Assembly: GCA_963827655.1 (NCBI GenBank) | Contig: CAWHCF010000044.1 | Coordinates: 32,001-96,000, forward strand | Direction of reading: 5' to 3' | Source: an uncultured Acidobacteriota bacterium | GTDB lineage: Bacteria; Acidobacteriota; UBA6911 | DNA length: 64,000 bases | In this document: piece after piece, positions 54,321 to 63,803 of the stretch | Numbering within the stretch: the first letter of the stretch is position 1 | Layout: each line of letters starts with the position of its first letter | Notes under the pieces: generated by a model | Databases searched by the model: none | What the model saw: only the letters and a program-made list of their open reading frames with translations | Told to the model about the DNA's origin: nothing | Made by a program: the position numbers and the translations under genes

Positions 54321-55157
54321 TTGTTGGATGCGTTCAAGACAGTCCAGGCTTCGATCCAACGTCACCCGCTGAGCGGGGTCGAGGCTGAACTCGATGACCT
54401 CTTGCAAGCCCTGGGGTCCCAGGATCGCCGGAGCGCAGAGAAAGAGGGCGCGCGCGCCATACTTGCCTCGCGACCACACGTAGCAGGAATGCACCGCTCC
54501 TCTCTTCCGGAGCAGGTCTCTAAGAACATTCACGGCCGCGGTGGCAAGATTACGGGGTCCAGGAAGGGATCGCGTGGTCACTTCTGCGGCGACCCGCCTC
54601 AGCTGCGGTGGTGACAGGAATCTGTCCAGGGATTGACCCGCCAGACTGGCAAACACCAGGTATAAACCCTCCCGCGGCGGCGCGCCCAAGAGAGATGCCG
54701 AGACATCCTGGTGAGAGCACCGCAACGCCTGAGCAAAATGATGCCGCCAGGTGGACGCCAGCGCTTCAGGAAACGTCGCCACAATTCTCTCGGGAGCGAA
54801 GCCCGCGGCCCGGGCGGCCGCCATCAGGCGCGCCGGGTCATTGATTGCCAGGAGTACTACCGCATTCCCGGCCCTGTCGCCGAGCGATCGAAAGAGCGCG
54901 CCCGCCTCATCGAACGAGCCGTCCATGTTCGCGATCAAGACGTAGCTCGAATCCACGACCTCCGCCACTTTCTGTGAACCGCGGATCCGCGTCTCTGCTT
55001 TCAGAACTGGATTGGCCTGCATAAGATCGAGTGCCTTCCCTTCTGCAGTCCCAGGCTCGGGATCGACCAGTAAGATCTCACCCGGCCAGTCCGTGTCGGC
55101 CAATTTTTGGGCGATCGTGGTTCCGAGCTCGTTGCATCCGACAATCGATAGTTTCAT
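54303..55157 (-). CDS. Degenerate malate/lactate dehydrogenase-like protein
   Basis: KLSIVG, ILLVD, GKALDLMQA, GKYG..LFL..PAILG match the MDH fold; catalytic motifs absent. Confidence 0.8.
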   Translation of the reverse strand: MKLSIVGCNELGTTIAQKLADTDWPGEILLVDPEPGTAEGKALDLMQANPVLKAETRIRGSQKVAEVVDSSYVLIANMDGSFDEAGALFRSLGDRAGNAVVLLAINDPARLMAAARAAGFAPERIVATFPEALASTWRHHFAQALRCSHQDVSASLLGAPPREGLYLVFASLAGQSLDRFLSPPQLRRVAAEVTTRSLPGPRNLATAAVNVLRDLLRKRGAVHSCYVWSRGKYGARALFLCAPAILGPQGLQEVIEFSLDPAQRVTLDRSLDCLERIQQLSPDL

Positions 55158-55354
55158 TGGAGACGTCAGCTCTTAGTTTCCAGAGGTTTTTGCCTGGCAG
55201 TTGACGCGCAAAGACCAGAGCGGTCACTAATGCGACGATACCAGGAAACCAGAAACCGTTGTCGACAAGAGTACTTGTTCGCCCAAACCTTTGATGATAA
55301 AATCTGCACTGTCAACCCAAAATCCCGAACACCTTGCCGCCGGATGAGTTTGAG

Positions 55355-55840
55355 ATGGAGCAAAAAGACTATCTTGGTTTAGCTTACGACCTGTTTGAGG
55401 AAGCCTACGAGCACCAGATGGACGGAGACCTCGAGACCGCGATCCAGCTTTATCGCCGGTCGATAGAGACTTACCCCACGGCCGAAGCCCACACTTTCCT
55501 CGGTTGGACCTACAGCTTTCAGGGAAAACTTGACGACGCGATCGCCGAATGCAAGAAAGCGATCGAGATCGATCCAGATTTCGGGAATCCCTATAACGAC
55601 ATCGGAGCCTATCTCATCGAAAAGGCGCAATACCAGGAGGCTATCCCCTGGCTGATGAAAGCCGCTTCGGCCAAGCGTTACGACAACTATCATTTTGCTC
55701 ACTACAATCTGGGTCGCGTCTATGCCGCGATGGACCTTTTCACGAAAGCGCGCCAAGAATTTGAGAGGGCGCTGGAGATCCATTCAGGTTATGTCATGGC
55801 CGAGGAGGCCCTGAAGACGGTCAAGAGAAGCATCCACTAG
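55355..55840 (+). CDS. Tetratricopeptide repeat protein
   Basis: PTAEAHTFLGW, AIEIDPDFGNPYNDIG and HYNLG repeats. Confidence 0.9.
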   Translation: MEQKDYLGLAYDLFEEAYEHQMDGDLETAIQLYRRSIETYPTAEAHTFLGWTYSFQGKLDDAIAECKKAIEIDPDFGNPYNDIGAYLIEKAQYQEAIPWLMKAASAKRYDNYHFAHYNLGRVYAAMDLFTKARQEFERALEIHSGYVMAEEALKTVKRSIH

Positions 55841-55894
55841 CGTTAGAAGTCTCTGGCGGCCCGGCGGGCCGCCGAGGCGTGTAGCTCCGACCGC

Positions 55895-56302
55895 ATGACT
55901 GAAGTTTCCCACCATCGTATTGCCGTAGCCATCATCGAGCAAGAGGGTAAATTCCTGATTACGCAGCGCAAGAGTGAAGGTCCTTTTGCAGGCTTCTGGG
56001 AACTCCCCGGCGGTAAGTGCCACGCCGGGGAAGATCCTGCCGATTGTGTGGTCCGCGAAGTCCTGGAGGAGACCGGCCTGGTCGTGGCTCCCGGAGCACG
56101 CGCCTGCGTGATCGAACACGCCTATTCCGAATGCACCGTCGAGATTCATGCTTATTTTTGCCGCATCCGGCAAGGAACTCCCAGCTGCTTCGCCTCGCAG
56201 GCCTCCGCCTGGATCGGCTGGGATGAAATTGAGCATTACAATTTTCCTGCGGCCAACCGCCTGCTCTTTGCCCAGGCATCGAATTTGCGCCCAAAGCCTT
56301 GA
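55895..56302 (+). CDS. MutT-like NUDIX (d)NTP pyrophosphohydrolase
   Basis: WELPGGK..GE....VVREVLEETG Nudix box; FPAAN. Confidence 0.92.
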   Translation: MTEVSHHRIAVAIIEQEGKFLITQRKSEGPFAGFWELPGGKCHAGEDPADCVVREVLEETGLVVAPGARACVIEHAYSECTVEIHAYFCRIRQGTPSCFASQASAWIGWDEIEHYNFPAANRLLFAQASNLRPKP

Positions 56303-56369
56303 AACTAAAGTTCCTGGAGACCTTTCGCATTGCGGCGTTTGGTCTCCCGACAGTAGTGGCCTGTCTCGC

Positions 56370-57080
56370 TTATGAGCCCAGGGTCAGGCAAAGCTCTTCG
56401 AGGTTTCGCACTCGAAATCCGTCCGTCCAGCCAGGATACCTCTCTTGACGGTCGACCAGGAAGGCTGAGAGCCCGGCTCGCCGGGCGCCCTCAACATCTT
56501 CCTCCAGAGAATCTCCTGCGTGTACCGCGTGTGAACCTGAGACCTGCATGGCTTTGAGCCCCTCGTGAAATATGGCAGCGCTCGGTTTAGCGGCACCTGC
56601 CCGGCTGGAAACCGTGACCCGGTCGAAAAAAGAATTCAGGTCGAGAACCGACAGCACATCGTGAAGACGAGAGTCGAAATTCGAAACTATACCCAGCCGA
56701 TACCCCCGACGTCGCAGTCTCTCCAGGCTCGCTCGAGTGTCGGGAAAAAGGTGCCATGCTTCGCCCTTCCTGAAAAATTCAAAGATCTCTTCGAAATACT
56801 GCTCGAACGCTGATTCGGGCATTCTACTCTTCAGCGTCTTTCGCATGACCTCCTTCCACCAAAGGCGTTCTGCTCCGCAAGCCTCACTTTCATTGAGACC
56901 AGGGAAGGCCAGAGGGGGCGCGGTTTTGAAAGCCTCGACGAAAGCGCTATCGATTTCTCGGGGATCGAGCGAGCAGCCATGACGCAGCCCGAAGCGGCTG
57001 TAGATTTGTCCCACTGAACCGCGGACCTCGAACAACGTCCCACCGGCGTCGAGAAAAACAACTTCGATATCACCCGTCAT
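56370..57080 (-). CDS. HAD-IA family hydrolase (REG-2/HDHD3-like)
   Basis: FLDAGGTL, VSNFD, AKP, HAGDS..EDVEGA. Confidence 0.92.
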   Translation of the reverse strand: MTGDIEVVFLDAGGTLFEVRGSVGQIYSRFGLRHGCSLDPREIDSAFVEAFKTAPPLAFPGLNESEACGAERLWWKEVMRKTLKSRMPESAFEQYFEEIFEFFRKGEAWHLFPDTRASLERLRRRGYRLGIVSNFDSRLHDVLSVLDLNSFFDRVTVSSRAGAAKPSAAIFHEGLKAMQVSGSHAVHAGDSLEEDVEGARRAGLSAFLVDRQERYPGWTDGFRVRNLEELCLTLGS

Positions 57081-57499
57081 TCGCTTCGTCAGCCCCGCCG
57101 TCTCTGTACCACACAATTCAGTTCGATGAAATCCCCGCCTGCGATTTCTGGCTCTCTCGCTTAGTATTTCGGGACTTCGTTTCCAACCCTGGGCTCCGCG
57201 TAACTGACTGAAGATAAAATGATGTAACTCGACGGGCTGGTACTTTCCAATTGACTTTCAGATGCCCGCGGGAGCATGATCGAGCCGTATTCTGGGGGGT
57301 CAAGAACCTCGGCAGGAACCGAAGCAAATCATTAGGACGAGACGGTGATATCGAAGTACGCAGGCTGCAACTAAGGCCCACGTAATTTTGCGGCTGAGCA
57401 ATCTCGCGTTGAGCTCGGATTCTTGAGATTCAAATGAGCGCCGAGCAGGCATAGCTGGGGAGCGACTGCCGGAACGGCCTTAGTTTTCAGGTACAGGCA

Positions 57500-58030
57500 A
57501 TGAGCCCGTCAAGCCATGGCTTCCTGGTGATGGACGCCTCGCTCAAGCTGATTTATGCCAATGCTGAAGCCATCCATATCTTGGTCTACCCGGAAAATCC
57601 TCAAAAGGTAAAGTCGCTAGACAGCCTTCTCGCCGAGAAGATCCGAACAGTCCTCCTCAAGCAACCGTCGTCACCGAAGGCCGGCTTCGTCGCCGAGCTC
57701 AGGTCGGGAAGGAGGCGCTACCTGTGTCGCGCATTTTCTCTTAATCCTTACTCGAAGAATCCTGGTGGCCAGGAAAGTCTGGCCATTCAGTTCGAACGAA
57801 CCCGTCAAGTGACCTTGAACGGTTCCCAGATTGCCGAGAGATTCAACTTGACCCCGCGGGAACAACAGACGCTCGAATACCTGATCCAGGGGCTGACCAG
57901 TAAGGAAATTGCAGACCGAATGCATATCAGCGTCAATACAGTGAAAGCCTTTCTCAGGCTGATCATGGTGAAAATGGGGGTCACGACCCGATCGGGAATC
58001 GTTGGCATGCTGTTCGAGGTCAGACCATAG
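57500..58030 (+). CDS. LuxR-type HTH regulator with N-terminal PAS-like region
   Basis: LTPREQQ..GLTSKEIADRMHISVNTVK; N-terminal D..LKLIYANAEA. Confidence 0.9.
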   Translation: MSPSSHGFLVMDASLKLIYANAEAIHILVYPENPQKVKSLDSLLAEKIRTVLLKQPSSPKAGFVAELRSGRRRYLCRAFSLNPYSKNPGGQESLAIQFERTRQVTLNGSQIAERFNLTPREQQTLEYLIQGLTSKEIADRMHISVNTVKAFLRLIMVKMGVTTRSGIVGMLFEVRP

Positions 58031-58120
58031 GGCGGCCGTCTCGGTTCTCTGGAAGCATGGGTCTGTAGTCAGTTCGAACTAATTCCTTTGGAGAATAGCA
58101 TTCAAGCATAAAGGGGATTA

Positions 58121-58447
58121 TTGTCGCGGCCGATGAAGCCCCAGCAAGATCCGGACAGGCGCCAACACGCCCGGTACCCTCTAACGCGAGACCTGAAGAT
58201 CCAGGTACTTCCTTTGCTCCGCTCCTCGAGTAAAAAGCGAGTGGAGATTCAGGGCCGGGTTCAAAACATTGGCGCCGGGGGCTTATGCCTTACCACCAGC
58301 CAGCCTCTTGAGGTCTACCGTCCCGTTTTGTGCGACATCCCTCTTTCTGCGGTCCCCGTCAAAATCCCGATCCTTATGCAGGTCCGCTGGGCTGTGAAGA
58401 GCTCAACCGGTGATCGTTTCAGAGTCGGCCTCCAGTTCCTTCTTTGA
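58121..58447 (+). CDS. Stand-alone PilZ domain protein
   Basis: RRQHAR (RxxxR) and NIGAGG (D/NxSxxG-like) motifs, VRW, GLQF. Confidence 0.85.
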   Translation: MSRPMKPQQDPDRRQHARYPLTRDLKIQVLPLLRSSSKKRVEIQGRVQNIGAGGLCLTTSQPLEVYRPVLCDIPLSAVPVKIPILMQVRWAVKSSTGDRFRVGLQFLL

Positions 58448-59423
58448 TCACGTTGGCGCTATAGAACAGGTGTCTGTTATGAAAGGGTTGATTCAGCGGG
58501 TGCGCAGCCGGAGAGAGTATCTAACCCGAATGGACTAACCCGCCAGGCTAATTCCTCCGGAGAGTTGAAATGTTCGGGGATGTGTCCGACTATAACGCAA
58601 TACGCTTGATGATTAGTCGAGCACGACCCCGCTCAACAACGCCGTGAGGAAGGGGCATGAGGGTGCGAGACGCTGGAATTATTTAGACGATGGTTTTTGC
58701 ATCAGGGAACTTGATTTATTCACTTGACGACGTAAGGGCAAGGTTGTTGTAATAAAGCACCCTCTCATCGCGCTGCCCTTGGGCAGCCTAATGCCCTGAA
58801 TAAACCTGCTGGAGTTTTTCGCTCCGATCGTGCGGCTTTGAGGCCCGCCGTTTCGCATACCTAAAGGCACCATGTACGAGATCATTTTCTCCAGATCTAC
58901 GCGCGGCTCCTGTTCGTACTGGTCCGGTAGGGGCCAAGAAAACCATCGAGACGAGACCTGGGGGCTACAAGCGCGATCTGAAGCTCGGCCCAAAGAATTG
59001 ACCGATGGTGAAACGTCCGGCATGGCACCTGGCACAATGAACACAGAACCAGTAGCCGGCGGTTTGCGGTGGGATAGATCTCGGACTCTGGCGTTTTTTT
59101 TGCTTCCATCGATGGTAGCCCGTGCAAGAAAAAAGAAAATTGCAACTCGCGGAACGTTGGTGAATCAGCTTTACGGACTTTGAAGTTTTTCGTTTCCATC
59201 GTTGGTGATGCGCAGTAAAAGGAACTTGAAACCATTGGTGTGTTATTGAATCAAGTTCCTCGATTCTCACTCGCTTCTGGTGTTTATTGGTTGGGTAAGA
59301 GGAATCCGGCCGCAGGGCGGATTTTCTCAGCCGACCGGGGCGAAAAGAGCTAAGATAGGGGATGGCGCGATGCCACACTTCATGTGGCTACTGGTAAAAG
59401 CGGAGCGCTGTCACCAAGATATC

Positions 59424-59458
59424 GAGTCTGCCTATGGGACTCAAAGGGCGGTAGTGCC
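59424..59458 (+). promoter_or_regulatory. ops/JUMPstart-like element
   Basis: Hairpin GAGTC-N9-GACTC followed by AAAGGGCGGTAGTG; GGCGGTAG at 59447-59454, ~90 nt before the NusG paralog. Confidence 0.65.
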
Positions 59459-59542
59459 TACTCCGGAACGGCAGTCGAGTTTGGTCCTTAGGTCGGAAAA
59501 CAAAGAAAGGGCGGGGTTTTGCGTCCTTATGAAGGGGTTGCA

Positions 59543-60145
59543 ATGAACGCGCTCGTAAGCGGTTCCTGGTACGCCTTGCGAATCAAATCGCGTCACGAAA
59601 GGATCGTGGCCGCGGCCCTGAACGGCAAGGGATACGAGGTATTTTTACCGCTTTATCGAGACCGGCGCCGCTGGTCCGACCGCATGAAAGAGGTCGAACT
59701 CCCCCTGTTCCCGGGTTATTTGTTCTGCCGGTTTGATGCGATGAAGCGCCTCCCCATTCTCATGACCCCGGGAATTGTTCAGCTCGTCGGAGTGGGGAAA
59801 AGCCCGCATCCAATTGAAGAGACAGAAATTACTGCCATCCAGTCCATCGTGATTTCGAGGCTCAACGCGCAGCCCTGGCCCTATTTACAGGTCGGGCAAA
59901 AAGTCCGCATTGAGCAGGGACCACTTACCGGCCTGGAGGGAATCCTAATTGCTTTGAAAAAAACGCATCGCCTTGTCGTCTCGGTTACGCTTCTCCAGCG
60001 TTCCGTTGCGGTGGAGGTGGATCATGATTGGGCGAGCCCAGTTTTGCCTGACCAGCCAGGGCGGGGAAAGGTTGCAGCTTCGGCTGCGACACATGTCGCC
60101 ACCAGTAACGCGGTGTGGGCTTCGCCTGAGACAATGATACGGTAG
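59543..60145 (+). CDS. NusG paralog (UpxY/RfaH/LoaP-like transcription antiterminator)
   Basis: WYAL..KSRHE, FLPL, WSDRMK, PLFPGYLF, KOW motif GQKVRIEQGPLTGLEG. Confidence 0.93.
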   Translation: MNALVSGSWYALRIKSRHERIVAAALNGKGYEVFLPLYRDRRRWSDRMKEVELPLFPGYLFCRFDAMKRLPILMTPGIVQLVGVGKSPHPIEETEITAIQSIVISRLNAQPWPYLQVGQKVRIEQGPLTGLEGILIALKKTHRLVVSVTLLQRSVAVEVDHDWASPVLPDQPGRGKVAASAATHVATSNAVWASPETMIR

Positions 60146-60189
60146 GCAAGTGCCTGCCACTTTTTACCTGGTACTTTTGAGGAAGAGTT

Positions 60190-61239
60190 ATGAGGATCGC
60201 GAAGTTGAGTAGCCTGCTGGTTTTTGTGCCCCTACTGGGCCTTACCCTGGGCTTAGCCTTTCAGCAAAGGGTTTCCGAGATCAAGCCTGAGCCCCAGCAA
60301 CCGGTACCCCAGCAAGCGGTAACCGAGACCAAGCCTGAGAACGCGCCTGCGGCGATGAAAGTCGAGAATCGCAAGTACATCCTGGGACCCGACGACGACA
60401 TCACTATCCAGGCGTTAGATGCTGATGAGATTTCCAACAAGCCCGTCCGCATCGACACCAGCGGAAATATCAATCTACCGCTGGTAGGGCGACTGCGCGC
60501 GGCCGGTCTCACGGTCGAGCAGCTCGAAGCTGAGATTGCGGCACGTCTCCGCACCTATATCCAGCAGCCGCATGTGGCGATCAGCGTCACCAACTTTCGC
60601 AGCCAGCCCGTGTCGGTGCTCGGAGCGGTGCGCAGCCCTGGAATTCACCAGCTCCAGGGACGAAAGACCTTGTTCGAGATTCTTTCCATGGCCGGGGGTC
60701 TTGCGTCGGAAGCGGGACACAGTGTAAAGATCACCCGCCAGATGGAGTGGGGACCCATTCCCCTCCCCTCCGCCACAACGGATCCTACAGGGAAGTTCAG
60801 CATCGCTGAAGTCAAGCTGAGGGCGATTCTGGAAGCCAGGAATCCTGAAGAGAATATCCTGATCCAGCCTCACGATATTATTTCGGTCCCGCGCGCCGAA
60901 CTGGTCTACGTGGTCGGGCAGGTTCGCAGACCCGGTGGGTTTGTCCTGAACGACCGTCAGAGCATTTCAATCCTCCAAGCTCTGGCGATGGCCGACGGGT
61001 TGACCAATATTTCGTCTGCAAAGAATGCCAGGATCATTCGCTCCACTGTCGGCGAGAATCGCGTCGAGATTCCGGTCAACCTGAAGTCGATTTTCGAGGG
61101 CAAATCGTCGGACGTTGCTCTGAAGGCGGATGATATTCTCTTCATTCCCACCAACGTGGCAAAGGGAGTATTCTTCAGCACCATTCAGACGGCAATTTCG
61201 GCTGCCACGTCCGCAGTCATCTACGGCGGTATGTACTGA
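60190..61239 (+). CDS. Polysaccharide export protein (Wza/SLBB family)
   Basis: YILGPDD, G.INLPLVG, V.G.V..PG SLBB repeats; signal peptide. Confidence 0.92.
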   Translation: MRIAKLSSLLVFVPLLGLTLGLAFQQRVSEIKPEPQQPVPQQAVTETKPENAPAAMKVENRKYILGPDDDITIQALDADEISNKPVRIDTSGNINLPLVGRLRAAGLTVEQLEAEIAARLRTYIQQPHVAISVTNFRSQPVSVLGAVRSPGIHQLQGRKTLFEILSMAGGLASEAGHSVKITRQMEWGPIPLPSATTDPTGKFSIAEVKLRAILEARNPEENILIQPHDIISVPRAELVYVVGQVRRPGGFVLNDRQSISILQALAMADGLTNISSAKNARIIRSTVGENRVEIPVNLKSIFEGKSSDVALKADDILFIPTNVAKGVFFSTIQTAISAATSAVIYGGMY

Positions 61240-61368
61240 TATTGATCGCTCAATGCTCCCTGTGACGACGGCTCATCCAACTCTCAAGGAAGGCTTCGCG
61301 ACGGAGCTTTCGATTCCAACTGAGGCAAGGTTCTAAAAACGGTACCCAGTGCAGGCAAGGAATTTTTC

Positions 61369-63693
61369 ATGAAATATCTTAAGCAGCTTCCAGGTAGTCA
61401 GACTCAAGAGATTGCTGTGCGCCATGTTGAGCCACAGCCCGCCCCCTATTATCCCCCGCAGCTCAATCGGGGCGATGCGGGTTTCACCGACGATTTCAGC
61501 CGCTGGCTGGAATACTGGCAGATCGTCCGGCGACACAAGGCCGTTGTGGTGCTACTGGCTCTGTTGGGTGGTGTGGGCGCGTTTCTTTACACGCTCTACC
61601 AGACGCCGGTTTATCGGGCCTATGCCACCCTGGAACTTCAGGGAATCCAGGAGCCCTTCCAGAGTGTTCGATTGTTGAATGAGGGGAATCCCTACGTTCA
61701 GACCCAGATCAAGCACCTGGAAAGCCGTACCCTTCGCCAGCGGGTCACTTCCAAAATGAAACCGCCGGAAGGACCGGTGGTTTCCTTTGCGGATCCCCTC
61801 CGGAGATTGCGCACGTCTCTCGGTCTCCCCGCACCCTCGGGAATACCCGGATGGAAGGAAGCGGTCGGGATGGCCGCGGGAAGCGTGAGAGTACTGGCCG
61901 AACATGATAGCCAGGTCGTCACCCTCCAGTGCGACTCGACCGACGCCAAGGTCGCCGCCGATTACATCAATCTGTTGGCCGAAGAATATATCGAGCAGAC
62001 TTCGGAAGAACGCTGGAAGACCTACCAGAGTACCGGCGATTGGCTTACTCGCGCCCAGGCAGAACTGAAGAAGAAGCTCGAGGATTCAGAGAACGAGCTG
62101 GCCGACTACGCGCGCGCTGAAAATCTGCTGTTTACTTCGGAAACACAGAGCGTAGCCGAAGAGAAGCTAAAGCAACTACAGGGAGAACTCGCCCGAGCCG
62201 CAGCCGATCGTATCGGCCGGCAGTCTCAGTACGAGACTACAGTCTCGAGTCAACCGGAGGCTTTGCCTGCGGTGCTTGATCACGGTCCTATCAGTCATTA
62301 CCAGATGCAACTCGCGGACCTCAATCGGCAAATGGCCGAATTGACCTCAGCTTTGACGCCGGACCACCCCAAGGTTAAGCGGCTGCAGGCTCAGATCGAC
62401 GAGGTGCGGGCAGGTCAAAAAAGGGAGCAGGGTAACATTCTCAGGCGTATTCGAATCGAATACGATACTGCCTTACGCCGTGAGAAGCAGCTCGAGAATG
62501 ACTTCGCGCGTCAGTCCAGAATAATCGAAGAGCAGGGAGAAAAGCTGATCCGTTACAAGATCCTCAAACGCGAGGTCGACAGCAACAGGCAGCTCTACGA
62601 GGCCACGCTGCAAAAGGGGAAGGAAGCCAGTATTGCTTCGGCACTCCAGGCCAGCAACGCCCAGGTGATCGATTCTGCGACTCCGCCAGGACTACCCTAT
62701 AAACCGAGCCTTCCTCTACACTCGGCTTTCGGCCTGGTTTGCGGTTTATTCTCCGGTGTTTTGTTGGCTTTCGTGCTCGAGCGCTCGAATGCCAGCATCC
62801 AGATGCCGGGTTTTCTGCCCTTCTACCTCAATGTGCGAGAGCTGGGAGTTATTCCTTCCGCGAAAGCGGATCCCGAAATGCGCCACTTGAGCAAGAAGTG
62901 GCAGCCGTTCGCCCTCCTCGGATCGAGCAAGCGCGACGCCGGAGCCCCCGGAAATGGCAAAGATCCTCGACGGGACGATGCCGAGTCCGTGGAACTCGTT
63001 ACCTGGACGCGGAAGCCGTCGCTTATGGCGGAATCGTTCAGGGCCACGATGGCGTCGATCCTGTTCTCGGGGCAGAATGGAAACCGGCCTCAGATCATCA
63101 TTCTCACCAGCCCGTCCCCCAAAGACGGGAAGAGCACCATCATCAGCAACCTGGCCATCGCCATGGCCGAGATCAATCGACGCGTGTTGCTCATCGACGC
63201 CGACATGAGAATACCCCGGCTCCACAAGATCTTCGACATCACCAATAGCTGGGGGCTGAGCGATGTGCTCTACGATCGGATTCCGATTGAGGACTACCCC
63301 GAAGAATCAATCGTGCGCAAGACCCAGATTCCCAATCTCAGCCTTTTGCCCAGCGGCCCGCGTCGCGTGAGCATTTCAAGCCTGCTCTATTCTCACCGGA
63401 TGGCAGAGCTGCTGTTCCGATTCAGGAGGGACTTTGAAACCATCCTGATTGACACGGCTCCCATGCTACAGATCTCCGACGCGCGCGTCCTGGCTCGCCT
63501 GTCCGACGGCGTCATCCTGGTATGCCGCGCCGGGCACACCACACGTGACGTGGCGATCGCGGGCATCAACTGTTTTGAAGAGGACGGCACGCCTGTGCTC
63601 GGCACGATTCTGAACAACTGGGATCCCAACGTCACAGGCTACAAGGCCTATTCCGCCTACTCCGAGTATTGTCGCAGCTCGCAAGCCTCTTAG
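61369..63693 (+). CDS. Polysaccharide co-polymerase/tyrosine autokinase (Wzc-like)
   Basis: Two TMs, coiled coil, SPSPKDGKS Walker A, DADMR, DTAP, C-terminal Tyr cluster GYKAYSAYSEY. Confidence 0.93.
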   Translation: MKYLKQLPGSQTQEIAVRHVEPQPAPYYPPQLNRGDAGFTDDFSRWLEYWQIVRRHKAVVVLLALLGGVGAFLYTLYQTPVYRAYATLELQGIQEPFQSVRLLNEGNPYVQTQIKHLESRTLRQRVTSKMKPPEGPVVSFADPLRRLRTSLGLPAPSGIPGWKEAVGMAAGSVRVLAEHDSQVVTLQCDSTDAKVAADYINLLAEEYIEQTSEERWKTYQSTGDWLTRAQAELKKKLEDSENELADYARAENLLFTSETQSVAEEKLKQLQGELARAAADRIGRQSQYETTVSSQPEALPAVLDHGPISHYQMQLADLNRQMAELTSALTPDHPKVKRLQAQIDEVRAGQKREQGNILRRIRIEYDTALRREKQLENDFARQSRIIEEQGEKLIRYKILKREVDSNRQLYEATLQKGKEASIASALQASNAQVIDSATPPGLPYKPSLPLHSAFGLVCGLFSGVLLAFVLERSNASIQMPGFLPFYLNVRELGVIPSAKADPEMRHLSKKWQPFALLGSSKRDAGAPGNGKDPRRDDAESVELVTWTRKPSLMAESFRATMASILFSGQNGNRPQIIILTSPSPKDGKSTIISNLAIAMAEINRRVLLIDADMRIPRLHKIFDITNSWGLSDVLYDRIPIEDYPEESIVRKTQIPNLSLLPSGPRRVSISSLLYSHRMAELLFRFRRDFETILIDTAPMLQISDARVLARLSDGVILVCRAGHTTRDVAIAGINCFEEDGTPVLGTILNNWDPNVTGYKAYSAYSEYCRSSQAS

Positions 63694-63803
63694 CGAGCCC
63701 TCCAGGTGTCTTCGCGTCTCGGCGGTGGATGTTTTTGTTGCCCCACCCCGAAGACGCGAAGGCGCACATGAAACGCGAAGCGACATTTTAAGGCGAAGCA
63801 CTC

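Noticed and set aside
55195-55235. c-di-GMP-I riboswitch-like GCGCAAAG motif
   Set aside because: No upstream GAAA-tetraloop hairpin or matching receptor/P1 architecture.
58872-59183. 103-aa ORF in the EPS leader
   Set aside because: No RBS, no recognisable motif, and it crosses low-complexity T/A tracts; several equally weak ORFs overlap it.
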